NCBI GenBank assembly: GCA_000934665.2
Contig: KZ538535.1
Location: 62,001 to 118,086 of the forward strand
Source of the DNA: Catajapyx aquilonaris
Lineage: Eukaryota
Length of the DNA: 56,086 nucleotides
Direction of reading: 5' to 3'
Part shown: positions 24,401-39,400 of the stretch, in pieces
How the letters are laid out: each line of letters opens with the position of its first letter
Position numbering within the stretch: position 1 is the stretch's first letter
The notes under the pieces: model-generated
Told to the model about the DNA's origin: nothing
The model's database searches: none
The model's input: the letters and a program-made list of their open reading frames with translations, nothing else
Program-made: the position numbers and the translations under genes

Positions 24401-27400
24401 CAGGCAGGGGAGGGCGGTTGGCTGGGGGGACATCCGAGTTGCCTCCCCTCCAGCCCTCTCTTATAATAAATTCCGAACTTTGCGTTTAATTCAATTAGGA
24501 TTAGGCCTAACACCCCCTCTCGCGCCGTCAGACTTGAAAGGAGATTACCGACATGACGCCGCACCCTAATCATGTGCGCCTCTGGAGAAATCACACCCAG
24601 TTTAAGGTTTGACGACGAGGCTTTGGTAATATTGCACTGGTCAGGATGGAGCTTCGGTCCTGATTTTGCTTCCTCTGTTTCCGTTTCATGATGACTGGAC
24701 CTGTGTTACTGAACGATCAGAGTCTGGCCTTTCACTGAAGCAGTTTTATGCACAAAATTTCGATACAGTCGCAGTGAAGTAATATTCTACTAGAAACCAG
24801 CTGAAAGTAGAAATCCTACACTCTTGTAATCTGAGAGATCTGGCCTCCCTAGGTCATCATTCTCTCCTGACAGCGCAGTCACCCAGAATCGTGGTTGTGG
24901 TCCAACAACCTATTTATTAGTCTAGCCTCGTCTACGGCTGTCTCATGACTGATTACAACCTCAAGCTTTCCTACCAGGTCCACCCCTATAGACACCCCAG
25001 CCATCTAGTGGGGGGTGTCACAATACCAACTGCATCAGTAGACATTGGAGATGAGGTCAGCTTAAACGCTTCCATGATTACGTCAGTAACCAAACAATGT
25101 AAGACCACCCCGGGAAATATAGTGGAAATGAACTGGATGCCAAATACGGACTATATGACCGTGCGTGTTGTCGCAATGACATGAAGCCAGCTGTACGTTA
25201 TTATCGTAATAGCCGCCACACGTATGGCAACTAACGAGAAAATGTCCATAAAAGAGCAACACCGGCGGAATAGCGCACGGCCGCATTCATTATTTACTTA
25301 GCCTTTCAAAGCTGGCACTAACCAAATCGCGCCATGAAGAGATTTAGCATTATGGTTGGGTGGGTGAGGGTTAGTAACCGTTTCCGAAATATTATGTATT
25401 TTCGGGAGTCCGCCCAAAATCAAACCTACCACCCTCATCAATTCTGCCGCAACACTGGATACCATGTTTACTCCCCATTGAGTACCCCGCAGTTCTTGTC
25501 TACAATATAATGAATAATAACTTGCTATCCGGTCAGCCTTGCAATGCTGTAATCACGCAACACAAGAGAGGCTCTTAGGTTAGCGGCTCGCCAGGATAAA
25601 AGTCCTACTTGCCTGAAATTCAGAACGATCATATTGCTGATTCAGTCATACCAGTCATAGTCGTCGATAACTGTTCTGTTCATATATTATTGTGTAATAT
25701 AAAACAAAAATAATAATAGCCTTTTATATGAGCCTGCGACATCATACGGACAGCGACCTCAGGCTGGGCGTTGCATGGCCAATCAAATCTGTCGCGGATC
25801 AATGTCAGCACCGACTCTTGTCGCAATATGACGCAAGTGGTGGAGCACAAAAAAACACAAATCCCAGCTCTTGCTTTTTTTTCCCCCCGATGCCAATCCT
25901 CGCCTTGACCAAAGTTTCTCGGTACTGTACCATACAGCACGGCATGGATTATGCCCCATAAATTGAGCCCCAAGGTTTGAGGTAAAAGTCTGGGCGGAGA
26001 GCCTCTTTACATGCCTTGTCACACCCACTGATCGGCGACAGTAGCTTTCGGCGTCGGAATGGCCATCGATAAAGAAAGAGGCGGATACTTTCTGGGTACT
26101 TTCCTCCCTCCCGCTTCCATCGCTCTCCCCGTCTGGCTGAAATCCGGGTTCAAATTGTTCGCGTCTATCAGGCGTGCCTCGGATGGGGGAAGAAGAAGAA
26201 GAAGACGGGGAGGGGGTGGGCATCATAAAACAAAAGTGCGGGAAAATGTAAGAAGAAGAAGAAAAGGTCGCTCCATGTTGGAAAAGCTTTCGTTGTTGCA
26301 CTCCACTCCCCCTCTTCCTTCCCATCCTCCTATCCTATCCATAAAAATAGTGCTGTGCAAACTGAATCGTGATGAGCAAGCCAGACGGAATGAGGCTTCA
26401 CTTTTCTAACGGGAGAGGAAGAGACTCCTGACATCACTTGTTCCTGACAGCCCCCTCCTGCAATCGTAAATCATCCCACAATATATTGATCTTCACTACT
26501 TAAAGCCTGGATCCTCACACACATTTTTTGCATAACCCATATTAAATTTTGCAACAATGGTCTTTCAGATCAGCGGCGATGGGAACATGACGACAAGCAA
26601 CCTCACCTTCATCCCGTCGATGGAGGACAGTGGCAAGCATTTGTCTTGTCGAGCAGAAAACCCAATCATTCCATCCAGTGCTACTGAGGACAGCTGGAAA
26701 CTGGACATTCATTGTAAGTAGCCAGATATAATTTTAATCGTGCATCTAATGGTATCTAGTCGCAAAAAAAAATACTTACCTGGGATTTAAAGAACTTGTT
26801 AAGAGCATTGAAAAAAATGAAGTTGATAGGTGCTTGATGAAATCCGCCTAAAGCCCTTTTTTATTCCCTGGCCCCCAGGACCTCCGGAACATTCCGGAGA
26901 AATAGAGTAGATATAGACGAGGCCTTGTTGAGAATATTATCAGGCAGTAGGATCCCCGTGGCAGCAAATCCCGGAGCCCAAGAGAGGAAATGGTCCTTGT
27001 GTCAGCTCCATTGAGTGTAGGAAGAAGGCCTCGGCTTGCAAAAGGGAAAGGAGTGGAGGAGGTGGTGGGTGGAAGTGAAGGAGGGGGGGGGGGGGTAGGA
27101 AAAAAAAGGTGAAGACNAACTGGGGCCAAGAGCCGTAACGGGGGGAAACAATGCTGCAAAACGTGAGTGGAGACTAGCGAGGGAGGAAAATTTGGTTTCT
27201 TCTCTCCCTGGCCCCCCCTCACCCACCTCTAGCCTGATTCATGATTATGGATATTGTCGGCAATGCTTCTTATTGCCCCAAGCCAACGAGCCCCGGAGTT
27301 TTATTTGGCAACGTCCGACGAGCGTTTTGCAGTCGCGCTTTAAATTCACTTTTCCTCTTCCATCACCTTTTTCCTCGCCGCACTTTTTTGAAGCCTCTAA

Positions 27401-30400
27401 ACAACAAAAAAGAAATTCAAATCAAAGAATCGATTGACTCCTGTTTCCTCCGGCTTTCCGCTGGCTCTCCCTGAATATTGTGCATTAGTATGACAAACGA
27501 CTATATCGACATACTTCACTTTGTTCTCTCCCGATCCTTAATTCATTATATTAACAAAGTGAGATGTGCGTGTGTGTGTATCAGCTTCTTTCTAGGCTCA
27601 TAGAAAAACCTATGAGAAACCGGAGGAAGCTGCATTGTGGTATTGTGGGTGGGTGGGTATACATATCTGAAGGTTTCGAAACACTGCTATAAGAATGTCG
27701 TGGGAAGATGATACCATTGCAGAACCTCAACTTGGCCCATTATAGTTCTTCCAATATGTAAGGAGATGATACTATGTCATCTATTATTCCGTGCTATGAT
27801 AGTAGCCTAATAAAAACACTGAAAAATTTCAATTCACAGTACCATCCGAGTAAGCATGCAAAGCTAAGTCAAATGTCTCACAAATAAATAAACCAAAATA
27901 ATATAATTATGCAATTATTCTCCAAATACTTAAAGAATGATACTACGCAACAATTTTTAAAGAAATCTTCAATGCTTTTACATGCTCCGCGTACACTTTG
28001 AAATGGCATATTTTCTGAAGTGTAAATATTTATCAGAGTTACTTTAAAGTTGCAAAAATTAATATTGTAACATGCATACAAGTATAAGCGATAATTCATA
28101 TTTAATGCGCGTAATTTATGTATCATTTATATGAAAAATGAATAACATGGATCAAGTGTGTCGGGCCACATAATGATTCTTTATTCACCGGAATTATTCT
28201 TCAAATCCCGTTCAGCAATATTCCTATATATCAGCACAAATTTTAATCCTGTCTTTTGTGACAAAGCAACTGGTTTTTAAAGTGCTACAGGGTACCAAAA
28301 ATTCTATAATACATTGACGGAAAAGTTCAAGGGAAGAAAGCTACCGTGCCATCTCTCGTCGTTTTCTCTGATCAATAGTTTCACTTCCACAAATACTGTA
28401 CAGTACAGTCTCCCCGAGTTGACTCAAGACACCAAAACTGAACCTGCCAAAAACAGCTACTTTTGTGCTGTTACCTGATGTTGAAAACCCGCACAAAGAA
28501 ATTGATCTGAGCGACTGACGATAGACGACACGATATTTTCCATTTCTTCTGAACGTTCCATTTCTTTGAAGAAAATCTGAATTGGTCCCTCGGATCAAGA
28601 GAAACTGCCTGTTGAAAAATTCATTGTTTTGCCACTGTGAAATATCGCCCTCTTTAAAACCCTCGCGATGGCTGAAAATTGTTACACGAGATTTGTTTAC
28701 AAGGCTCCAGGGGCTCTACCTGCTGTCTGACGATGATATTTCGCTCTATTATAATTATTACATTGCCTGATATGTCATGAACTTTTTCCTATTTGCACCT
28801 GGTTTTCCTGTCATTTATCATCATTTATTTTTTCTCCCTCCACATTCCATAACCTGAAACGTTACTGAGCCCATCCTCCACTACTTTCAAGTGGCACTTG
28901 TTTAGGCCTGTGACATTTCGCTGGAACATTCCGCCATTTTGCAACACCTGCCACCAGTTGGCTGTAAGGAAGCCAACAACCATTTTTGCAAAATGTGCTT
29001 TAACTTCTAGTTCACGACGTGCAAATGCATCCTTCTGGAAAATTTTATCGGCCCCGTATCGGAGGACTATATCCTCCCTGAGCAATACTTTGCGGAAACA
29101 ACATGGCGGAATCATTATTAATTATCGCAGACGGAGAGTACCCGTCGCTAAGCGAGCGAAACAGGAAACAAAGGGATCATTCTTGTTAAGAGAAAAGCGG
29201 AGGGTAGCTTTCACATATTTTTTTTTATGTGTGGAAAAGTGGGGAGATGGGAGTAAGGGGGTGGAGGGGACTGCTTGAGGGGAGGCTCAATTTTTGGCGG
29301 GGCTCCAAATTTTGGTGTCCTGAGAGGGGGAGGGAGAGAAAATTGGAAGGGAAAACGAGGGGATTTTTCGGTCTCTCCGCCGAATAGTGACTCCGTCGGA
29401 CACGACCGGGTTTGTTTACAAGTTTCCTTCCCTGCGCAGAGTCGCCATTTGTGCCAACGAAAGCGATAAACTTCCCTCCACCCACCCTTTAACCACCACC
29501 CCAAACCCTCCACGCCCTTGCGACCTACCCTCTAAAAAGTGGAATAGTGGGGAAGAGAAAAAGTTGCCAAGATCTTGATTCTAACCGATCTGTATAGCCG
29601 TGTTTGCGCTAACAACTGAAGCTGCACATCGAACAGGGATCTAAGGAACATTTGGTCTCAGAGTGAGGGAGGGGAGACTGCTCTTGTTTGCTCAACATTC
29701 ACTGAACGGTCGTACGTTACTACTTACAAACAGAATAAAATAACGGCCATATCATCTTGGGGACAGTGGACAATAATTCTGACCAAGTCATAAATTTTTG
29801 ACAGTCCTGATTTTTGGTCTTATGAAATTTTAGGGTACTCTGCACAATCAAATTCAATTTTTGAGCGTTTCAGCTTGTAACCATTGTCAGGAACCCCCAC
29901 CTGCGGGGTCCCTGGCTCCGTACTAGCTCACGGGTTCAATCAAACACGGACACCGGATGAGGTATAAATGTAACTGTATTTGGCCACAGGCCCGCCTGCA
30001 CAGTCGCAAAGCGGGGAAGGGAATGTTATATCGGGGAAGGGAAAGGGAAGAAGGCGAACCCCCTCCTCCGACATGGTTGCCTCTTTCCCGGCCACCACGT
30101 GGCGGAGTTGCCACGTGGTGTCACACCATGTTGATCAAAATATGTGACACACTTGATGCAATTTCTTCTATCTAGCACAATATCTGTCAAAAACTAATTT
30201 TGCCACACATGCATTAATTGTTTATATTTTGTTCAAAAAATGTATAACTTACCATCATTTATAATATCTTTCCGTTAAAGACACGTTTACATGTGAGCCA
30301 TTTGACAAGCGAAGCGGAGCGAAGCGGAGCGAAGCGGAGCGAAGTAACCAATATTGTTTGAGGTGAATGTAACAATCAAATTTTGCCTCAAACAATACTG

Positions 30401-33400
30401 GTTACTTGGGTTACTCAGCGTTGTTACCGACAGGCGAAGACTTCGCTCGTCAAATCACGTGTAAACGCAGCTTAATTTTTTACTATTGAAAAAATACGAC
30501 ACATTCGGTCCAATCTTTTAGTGAAATTTTCTTGCCACTTTTTGAGAAAATTTGAAAACACCATCAAGATACATATTTAACGCTTCACTTCTTGATGTTA
30601 CAAAATATTCCAGCCTATTTCCCACCCCAGAAACCGTCGCTGAAAGCAGCACACGAGGCGCGGAGTACAAACCAATCCATCTTTAGGAAATACAGAGGGA
30701 TTTATGACTGTCACAGATGTTGCGTCAAGCGGAGGGTGGGTAGGGTGAGGTGAGGGTCGCAAAAACTAACTATCCTACTTTTGGCAGTGAATCTGTTTTA
30801 TCGACACGCTTGGGAAAGTGAGTGCCTTTTCCCGCCTTCTCCGCCACCCTTCCCTCCCACCCGCCTCCCACCAAAGTTGCACAGGCCGCCAGCACGACCA
30901 GAACCCCGCCAGAAACATAGTCCAAGTTTGAGTTAACTTGGCGCGCCACACCGCTGTTTCAGGCCAAATTTTCACTTTGCTCTACGACTTTCCCTGGTGT
31001 GCTTTCTTCTGCTCTTTTCAGCAGAACAAACAAATTAGGTGCCTCCCGTACAAGCGGTCCTATCACGGATTAAATATGTCCCCCAAAACTTGCCTACATC
31101 TCCCTCCCCCCCCCCTAACCATATACAATGCGGTCCTAGAAAGGCTCCCAATCTTCTAGAATTTTCCAATATGATGTTTTATTATAGCTCGGTTTAAGGT
31201 GGTGCGGCGAAATTTGAGCGGGTCACGGAAGGTGGCAGCAGGAGTCGAAAGGACTTTTAGCCAGACTTTGCACAATGTTATGTACTGCATGTCAAAAAAT
31301 AGTAACATGGCTAGAAAACCTCAGTACTCTAGCTAAGTGAAACTTAGGTAATTTTTATTTATTTATTTATTTATACCCCATTGGGAGAATCGGCGCGGCG
31401 CTTCATTAGGGAGGGTGGAGTGCCACCATTGGATGGGGCCGAGGATAGGGAAGAAAGGAGGCGGCTGTGGCCTATTATACGGAAACAACCCCGGAATTAT
31501 CTTGAGGGGAGCGTGAAAAACCACGGTCAGGGTTGCCGGCCCCTGGATTCGAACCCAGGACCTCCCGATTAGCAGTCGGGCTCCTTAACCACCACACCAA
31601 CTTGCTTCGGTATTTTAAAAAATTTGAAAATAGTTCTTTCAGAAATTATTTTGCAGTGACACACAGTGTAAGTTGTATCATATAATAATATATAATATAA
31701 TAATATAATAATGGATACCCCGTGATAGGCCCCTTGGGCCTCTTAGGGGATCATCTTTTGAATAACCGACTTTAATTATTTGCCCGTAATGTGATGGATT
31801 TTGATAGTGGGAGGAAACGGGAGAACCCGTAGAAAACCCACGCGAACACGGAGAGAACCCATCGAAACTCTATCCACATAGTATCCTCCGTCCGACCCGG
31901 GGATCGAACTCGAAACCTTAGAGGTGGAAGGCTGCGGCGCTAACCACTCGGCCACCGTATCGCCAAGTTGTATCATATAATATTAGATAAAAACTGACAC
32001 TAGTTTTTTTTCCTAAGTAAATCCCCCAATTGAAATATTTGGATTTGAAAATCAACATTTTTCAAACCTAACAGCCACAAAAGGAATTAGGAGCATTTGA
32101 AAGTTTCAGGTGAATTTTTACATAAATGGTAGAAGATGATCGATATTTTTGGGTTGCAAGTGGCCCACTAAAATTAATATGAATGGAGGTAATTGTGCGA
32201 ATTATTGGTTTCCCATTGCATTGCCCCCATTTTAACGGTTGCCATATTGTGCAAACATGGTTGAATAATAATCAATCATTTAATGAAATATTTCTCTTTG
32301 CGAAGAATTTTATAAACTCAAAAATTTAGCATTTTTAAACGATGACAAAAAGTTATATGAACATTCTTCATTAATACTAACCCTTCCATTGTCATATGAA
32401 TTATGAAAAAAATTGCACTCATGATTTTCGAATCCTGATTCCTCGGTTGAGGATCTAATATATCTTCTATAAAGCCGTTTGTGAGTCTGTCTGTCTCTTT
32501 GTCTGTCTGTCCGCCTGCCAACCGTTATTTGCCTGCCATCTGTGCTCCACCCCCAGGCCGGGAGAGGATGGAGGTGTTGGGGGTTGACTACAGATGGCAG
32601 GCAAATGACGGTTTCCGTTATACAGGCGGGAGAGGTTCAAGGTGTTGGAGTAGCAGGACCACAGATGGCATTGGTGGCCGGACACACAGAAAGACAGACA
32701 GTTGACGGGGGTACTGGCAGGCGTTTTCCCTTCATTCATTTCTTCCCGGGCAACGCCGGGTGCCGCAGCTAGTATATTATAGTCGAGAACTTCATTTCCC
32801 TTTTTATTACGAAAATTATCATGGGTCACTGCAAAATCAATCCTGGAATTTAAAAATTCACCATCACGTTTCTATCTGCATGAAGGAATAAGTGCAATAG
32901 CACTTATTCCTTTACATATGCAGCGAAGGGCTGTTTCTAAGGATACACCGAGAGAGTAATAACTTTCTGAAGTCCAAAAAAATGATTCCACAATCTAACA
33001 GCCTAATTCTGTGCTAGGGGCGACTGCGAATCCCTCGAATCAAATTTTCTCATTGCTTATGGAGTCAGTTGATCTCATGAGAAAGACTGGAGAGGGGAGG
33101 AATGACAGCATGACACATTCGAAGGATTCTGGTACGGTCGAATCCTCCTCTGAAATGACCCTCCCTTTAAAAAACCGGTTGCGAGGGAACCAGTGCAGTG
33201 GGTGGGTTCTGCGCCGAGAGGATGCCAGATTCAGACTCACCATTTCTTTACCTCCGAAAAAAAAGGAAGAAAACGACACTTCTCTCAACCCACCCACCCC
33301 ACCATCCCTCTCAACTTCTCAACAGCCACCGGGCGCCCATTGGCGTGCTTTGTCAGAACTCAATTCTCCGAAAAGGATCGGAAAAAGGTTATTGCGGTTG

Positions 33401-36400
33401 TCTCGCTCGTCAGCAGCTAAAAAAGGCAATTGCGTCGCTCGGTTGCCTGCTTGGATGAGGTTAAATCAACAAAAAAAAAGCGAGTAGGGGGTGGAGGGGA
33501 TGTGGGAGAAAATGTTCTCGACTCCTCTCTCTAGAGGGAAACGAGAGAGGCTTGGACCAGGGAGGTGGAATGGTCTCTTCACTTCAATTTGCGGCCTAGA
33601 AGAACCGTCTCAGCTGGACAATGGTCATTTCAAAATCAGCCGAATCCAGCCTTTTCCTCGCTACCAAATATGCAAACTGCGTTGGCTCTCACCTTCAGTA
33701 TGCACCAGAATTCCGAATATTATTGCGGCAAGGGGCAGATGCAGACGCCCGCCGGATTTTGGGAAGTTGCTCCGATGCGACGGTAAAATTAATCACAACT
33801 TTTGGGGGGGGGGGGGAGGCCCATTGCAAGGAAGGCTTGATCCTGGTGATGGGGGTATTGGCGTCTGGAAAGGGGGATGAGGCTGGCAAAGGCATTAACA
33901 AGGTGTGGCAGTGCAGCCAGAGTAAACGCGGAGTGAATTAAGAATGCGGCAAGGAGCGTATAAACGTAGCTGGGCATTTTCCCTCCTCGTTTTCACAGAG
34001 GGATGATAATTATTCGGAACAGGCGAGGAGAATTGAAAGCGTCTTCTATTCAAAGCGTTTGGAAATTCCTCCCCTCCACCTACTCTCTCTAACTCCCTAG
34101 TCTTTCATGAAGGCTCCCTCATTACGGTAATTTGCTTTCATTTAACGGCTCTGTACATTTGGGATGAGTCTGAAATATCCTTCGTTTAGTGGACCCCGTG
34201 CTGCCCCCATCTGCCATCACTGCTTACCCCTAGCTCATCCTGTTCCTATCCAACTACCATCAAGAAAGCTTCTTTTCAAGTCGGCCCTCGTTTCAAGTCT
34301 TCTACCCCATTCCGGAGGATTCGAGTCGCTTTTTAACGCCAGAGCAAATTATGTGTACTTTTCGGCATAATTATTGTTTCATTCAAGCTCACTGCGCTTG
34401 TCCACACATTGGAGTTGAAAGAGGGCTGGGGGGGAGGGGAGGGTTGCGCTTGATGTCAAATGTTGAATTTTTCACACTTGGGCGTGGCCGTCCGTGAGTA
34501 AAGCAGGTAATAAACATGTTGAATTTGCAGAGCCGGCGGCGCTTCTCATGTGATTCATTTGAAGCATGCCGATTGTCGCCGGATTTTCCAAATTGCAAGC
34601 ACATCATATGCCACTCTAAGCACAAAACTTTCGGCCTTGTAGAAACAAGCGGTGTGGGTTTCATAGCAACCGAATTTACACAAGGCACTCACTTGAAGAG
34701 AAGAAAAAAAAGCTCCAAGAGTAGCAATTTTCGGAATTTTATTGTACTGAGCTCAGCTTAATTAATCATCTCCGGGACCAATACAAGCGAAGGCCTTTCG
34801 GCCTATAAGATCAACTGCAAGTGTTTCCGTCTACTTCCTCCTTGGATAAAATAAATGTTAGCCCAGCAGGTTCTTTCCGCAAAGTAAACTGAGCAGCACC
34901 GTATCTAGGGCCTTTTGTGTCCGAGAAAAGAATGAAAGGCCCCCATTCATTTAGTCTGCATCATCGCTATGTACTTGAACACTCTTAGGCCTTGAAGACG
35001 GAACGAAGCCCTCCTTTTCCTTCAATCCACACCCTCCCCAACTATTGACTCGTTTGAGATTATTAACTAAACAAGCTGTGGTGTACTATATCGTAGGTAT
35101 AATCGTACAACCCGGGGAGTTGATTGTGGATCGCGTGATATAGGCCTAGTTTAGTTGAAACCGTCGCTCTCCGCAGCTTGCCCTTTATTTACCTCCTTTG
35201 ATCTTCAACAGTTCCTATCTGCATTTCGCAATATCTACAGTGGGAGTGCACCTACCCGCCGATCCACTGCTGTTCAATCAATATTATTTCTATCAATAAG
35301 GCGCCACGGGTCGACAACCTCCATGAAATTTTATATCCTCCGTTGTTAGATGCGGTACCGCCCACCACGTAATGCACCTTTCAATTTCATGATCATAATG
35401 GAACAAAAAAAAATGTAATTCACCAATACAAATCGGACCAAAATATACTGCATGAACTAAACCCTTATCGATCGTTCTTTTCAGATGTACCCATCGTGAC
35501 TCTGGATCTAGGAAGCACTCTGAATGCTAGCAACATCCGTGAAGGTGTCGACGTGTACTTCGAATGCAGCATCAAGTCTAATCCATGGGTCTACAAAGTC
35601 AACTGGAGGCATAACGTAAGTTCGCAACTCTGCATAATTATGTCAAGTCGAGATAAACCAGGGGCTAAGTATGAATAAATTAACGTGCTTGGATCTGGAT
35701 GAAGGATCACAGTGACAAGCCATTTGAGCTAGACGTTCCTCTTTTCCTCCCCTTTCGCAGGGAATGATGCTATCACACAACACCAGCGCAGGGATAATCA
35801 TCAGCAACCAAAGTTTGGTGCTACAGTCGGTGTCGAGGAGAAGTGCAGGGCTCTACACTTGTGTCGCCAGCAACCGTGAAGGCGATGGAGAAAGTAATCC
35901 CGTCTACTTGGATGTGAAATGTAAGCTCATCAGTCTCTGCTGGCTCTACGTCAGATCTGACGTCCCACTGGAAAAGCGCACACTGTATACATGATGAAGT
36001 AGCTCAAAAGTCATTGCAGCAACCCTTTTTTTTCAAAGTGTATAATGTAATGAAGGGCCGCGACCAATGACGTTCTGGCAGCGATCCAAAATAATCCGAC
36101 TCCACTGCCCAGCTGAGAATCCGGCAACCTGGAAAGCTCATAGACGTAGTGCACTTGCCATCTTTTCCCCCGTGGCCTTCAAAAGCATATGAACGGACCA
36201 AATTTTGGGAGATTACGTGGTCCAGGTTCATTTTTACGCAACGCACTTGCTGAGGAATAGGTGATTTTTGACTCGCTTATTTTCAGCGATGTATTGCACA
36301 TTCGAATGTAATTACTAAAGAGAGCGAAAACTGGAAAAAAAATCAAATTTTTAAATAGGAACGTCGCTGTCTTTTGTGCTGCATGTACTTCACTGACTCC

Positions 36401-39400
36401 GAAGTCTTCTCATTAGCCTATCATTATGCGCGTGCCTGCAGGCGGTCATTTTGCCACAACATCCATTAACTCCATGAAAATTCACCCGCTACGCCTCAAG
36501 TACCTAGCGGACAACGCTGTGGAGACGCGGTAATCTGTTATCGTACTTAGCTGCACCGCACTCGCATTTAATTAAAACTTAATAGGCTTACATATGCAAT
36601 ATATCAAAGGTCAACATCCACGCAGTCAGCATGATTCTGAGCGAAAAACCCTTGATTAAATGACCGATGTCGTCTTGCTACCATAGTTTTAGTATCATTT
36701 TCATAAAAGCTCCGTGTATATAGTCAACTCAGAAAGTTGTTTTTTTCACCAGAGGTCTCCCTAACCGCTCTTCTCCTTCATGGTAGTGTTAGTCACTTTC
36801 CCAAAGTGTGTGGATGGACCTCTGCCATGACTCCATCTTCACTCCAACCCAGCTCATTTCTCCTACCCCTTTAAAGACCTTTCTGGGTATCTTAGCGTTT
36901 CCTGCCCGTAGACGTCCTTTTACATCGCTTATGGCTCCCTTGACTCTCCACCATCTTATGGTTATGTTCAAGTCGGGCTAGCGATGGCCTAACTTCCAAC
37001 CGTTCCGCCAATTCTTATCAAACGTTACCGCAGTAAGGGTACAGTACACCCGACCGGTAACTTCCTCCAATTCGGTTGGAGATACAGCAGAGGGAGCTTC
37101 TTGCCTGCAAAGCTTCCCAAAAGAGAGGGTCAAGGGCCTTACAATTCATAGCAGGGTATACGTATAATAACACAGTATAATAACATCTGAAATTGGGATG
37201 TGGAAGGACATCGCATCTAAACGTTCAATTTCCCCTGGACGGCAAGTACCTTGCCCTGGGCCTTTAATAGCCTATTATTCTCCCAAAGCATACGAAACCG
37301 TTTGGGAAATCTCCCAATCCCAGCTATGCAGCATCCTGGCCTCTAGGCAGACCGCATCAGGCACATCCTCAACCGTAATCCGCGATAATACCGTGTAAAC
37401 GCGTGCTGACGGCGGCCATCTCGGACCACGATTTCCCCTAGGGCCCTGCAGGTGTTGCCTATCGTCGGTGAATGTTGATCGATTTTTGATGATGCATGTA
37501 TATGTCCACAGTCGCACCGATCTGCAAGCAGAATCAACAGAAAGTGTACGGAGTGGCCCGCCAGGAGTCAGCACGCATCGCCTGCGAGGTAGAAGCCAAT
37601 CCGCAAGACATCCTCTACAGGTGGAAGTTCAACAATACCTCCGAAACGGTCGACATGCAGCAGTCCCAGTACACAGCCGACCGAACACGAAGTGTCATCA
37701 CCTACACGCCCATGACCGAAATGGACTACGGAACCTTACTGTGTTGGGGGCATAACGAAGTCGGGGGCCAAAAGCAGCCGTGTGTGTACCACATCATCCC
37801 TGCAGGTAGGCATCAGACACGACAGGCCCAGCCGCAGCATCATTGCAGCCAGGGAGGTCATAATAACGCAATAAGTGCATGAACTGCAAAAGAGCGGGAA
37901 TTCCCCGGGTGGAAACGGGCAGCGGCTTTCATCCAGGCTATCGAATGGGTTACAAATTAGCGGCGTAATTGTGGAGGCAGCAGATGGACAGCAGCATGCT
38001 GAAGTCAAATGGGAGCTTATCTGCCATTCAACAACACGGGTCCCAGAGTCAGAGGGTGGACCATGCAAACGCCCTGAAAATCAGAGCGCGGCAGGAACAG
38101 GCCCTGATGGGTTTTTTGAGATGAAACGACCAGTTGCATTTCCAATTCACTTCATCTGCAAACATGGCTCTCAATTAGCAAATATCACTTGGACAAGGCT
38201 TTTTTCCTGATCAAGTATTTATCCGATTGATGGCATCCATAAAACGGGGCGGCGCTAGTGGTGGCTTCTATGATTTACGAAGCGGTTTGCCTGGGGTATT
38301 TGGAGGGCCTTGCTAGATGGCCCATCCGGTTAAATTAGGATCGGTCAAGGCAATAGCCACTCCCCCCAAAACGGCCATTTTTTTTTTTGCTGTTCTGTTT
38401 ACTCTCCTGCTTTCTTTCATCTCTCGGTCAAATGCACGCGGGGCTACCCGCTCATTAGCCAAATTAAAACGAACAGAACGGTCTCGTTTCCCGGGATGAG
38501 CACTTCTGTTTACCTCTGTAAATGTGTAAACGACTGAGGGCGGTTGCCATATATTATGCAGGGCTAGGCCTAATTCGGAAAAAAATATTAAATTAACAAA
38601 TATTTTTCAGTCGCGTAAATTGTATCGCCCTCGGTTGGGAGAATACAGTGCATTCGCTCCACCCAACACAAAGTGTCTCCAGGGGGTTAAATGAACGCTT
38701 TGACTAACCATGGAGAGACAAGCTTGTTACACCTCCGGGGGAATCAAATTGATTGCCAAAAGCACATGCAAACCGGTTTGGAATAATTCTCACGAGTTCA
38801 ATGAATTTGTGGCACACCTACACCTGAAAAATTAACAATAGTATTTCCCATCAGGCTCACGCACGCACATAGTATGCATGCAACAATAGTTAGGGGTGCA
38901 CGGTGGTCAGGTGGTTAATCTAATGGCCAGCCGAGCGTCATGTTAGGACTCGTCACCTTCGATTTGTCCGCCATTTTTCTGATTTTCTATACTGATTGAC
39001 CTGTTCTCAGGGTGACTATGAAGTGTGTGGAAATTAATAAATAACTTAATAACACTCAGAAACTGAATCATTAGTTGAAACCGTTGCATTTTCAACTGTA
39101 TCATGAAACAAAAATATACAGTCGGTAGTCAGTAAATACACCCTCTAGGTCCCTCCAGGCTGAGAAAAATCACGCTGGTCGTTTCAACACATATGGCAAT
39201 GTCAGAAAGGGCTTTGTTTTGGAATCATATTAGCTGTGGGGGTTTTTTTTAAGGCGGTAGGTGAGGGGAATCCACCAAAAATCATAATTCATTCAATGCC
39301 CTATGTTATCGGAACCATTTTCAAAAATTAATATGTACTAACGGTAATCAATTCGCTGGCCGAATGATCTGTCCCTGTCACACGTTTCCAAAACTGGAAC

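Noticed and set aside
25783..26409. Overlapping 180-aa (-) and 116-aa (+) ORFs
   Set aside because: Low-complexity purine/pyrimidine-rich intronic sequence with no recognisable protein features.
33011..33977. Cluster of 60-158-aa ORFs in the 8.8-kb intron
   Set aside because: No domain motifs, and open frames on both strands are consistent with chance in GC-richer sequence.
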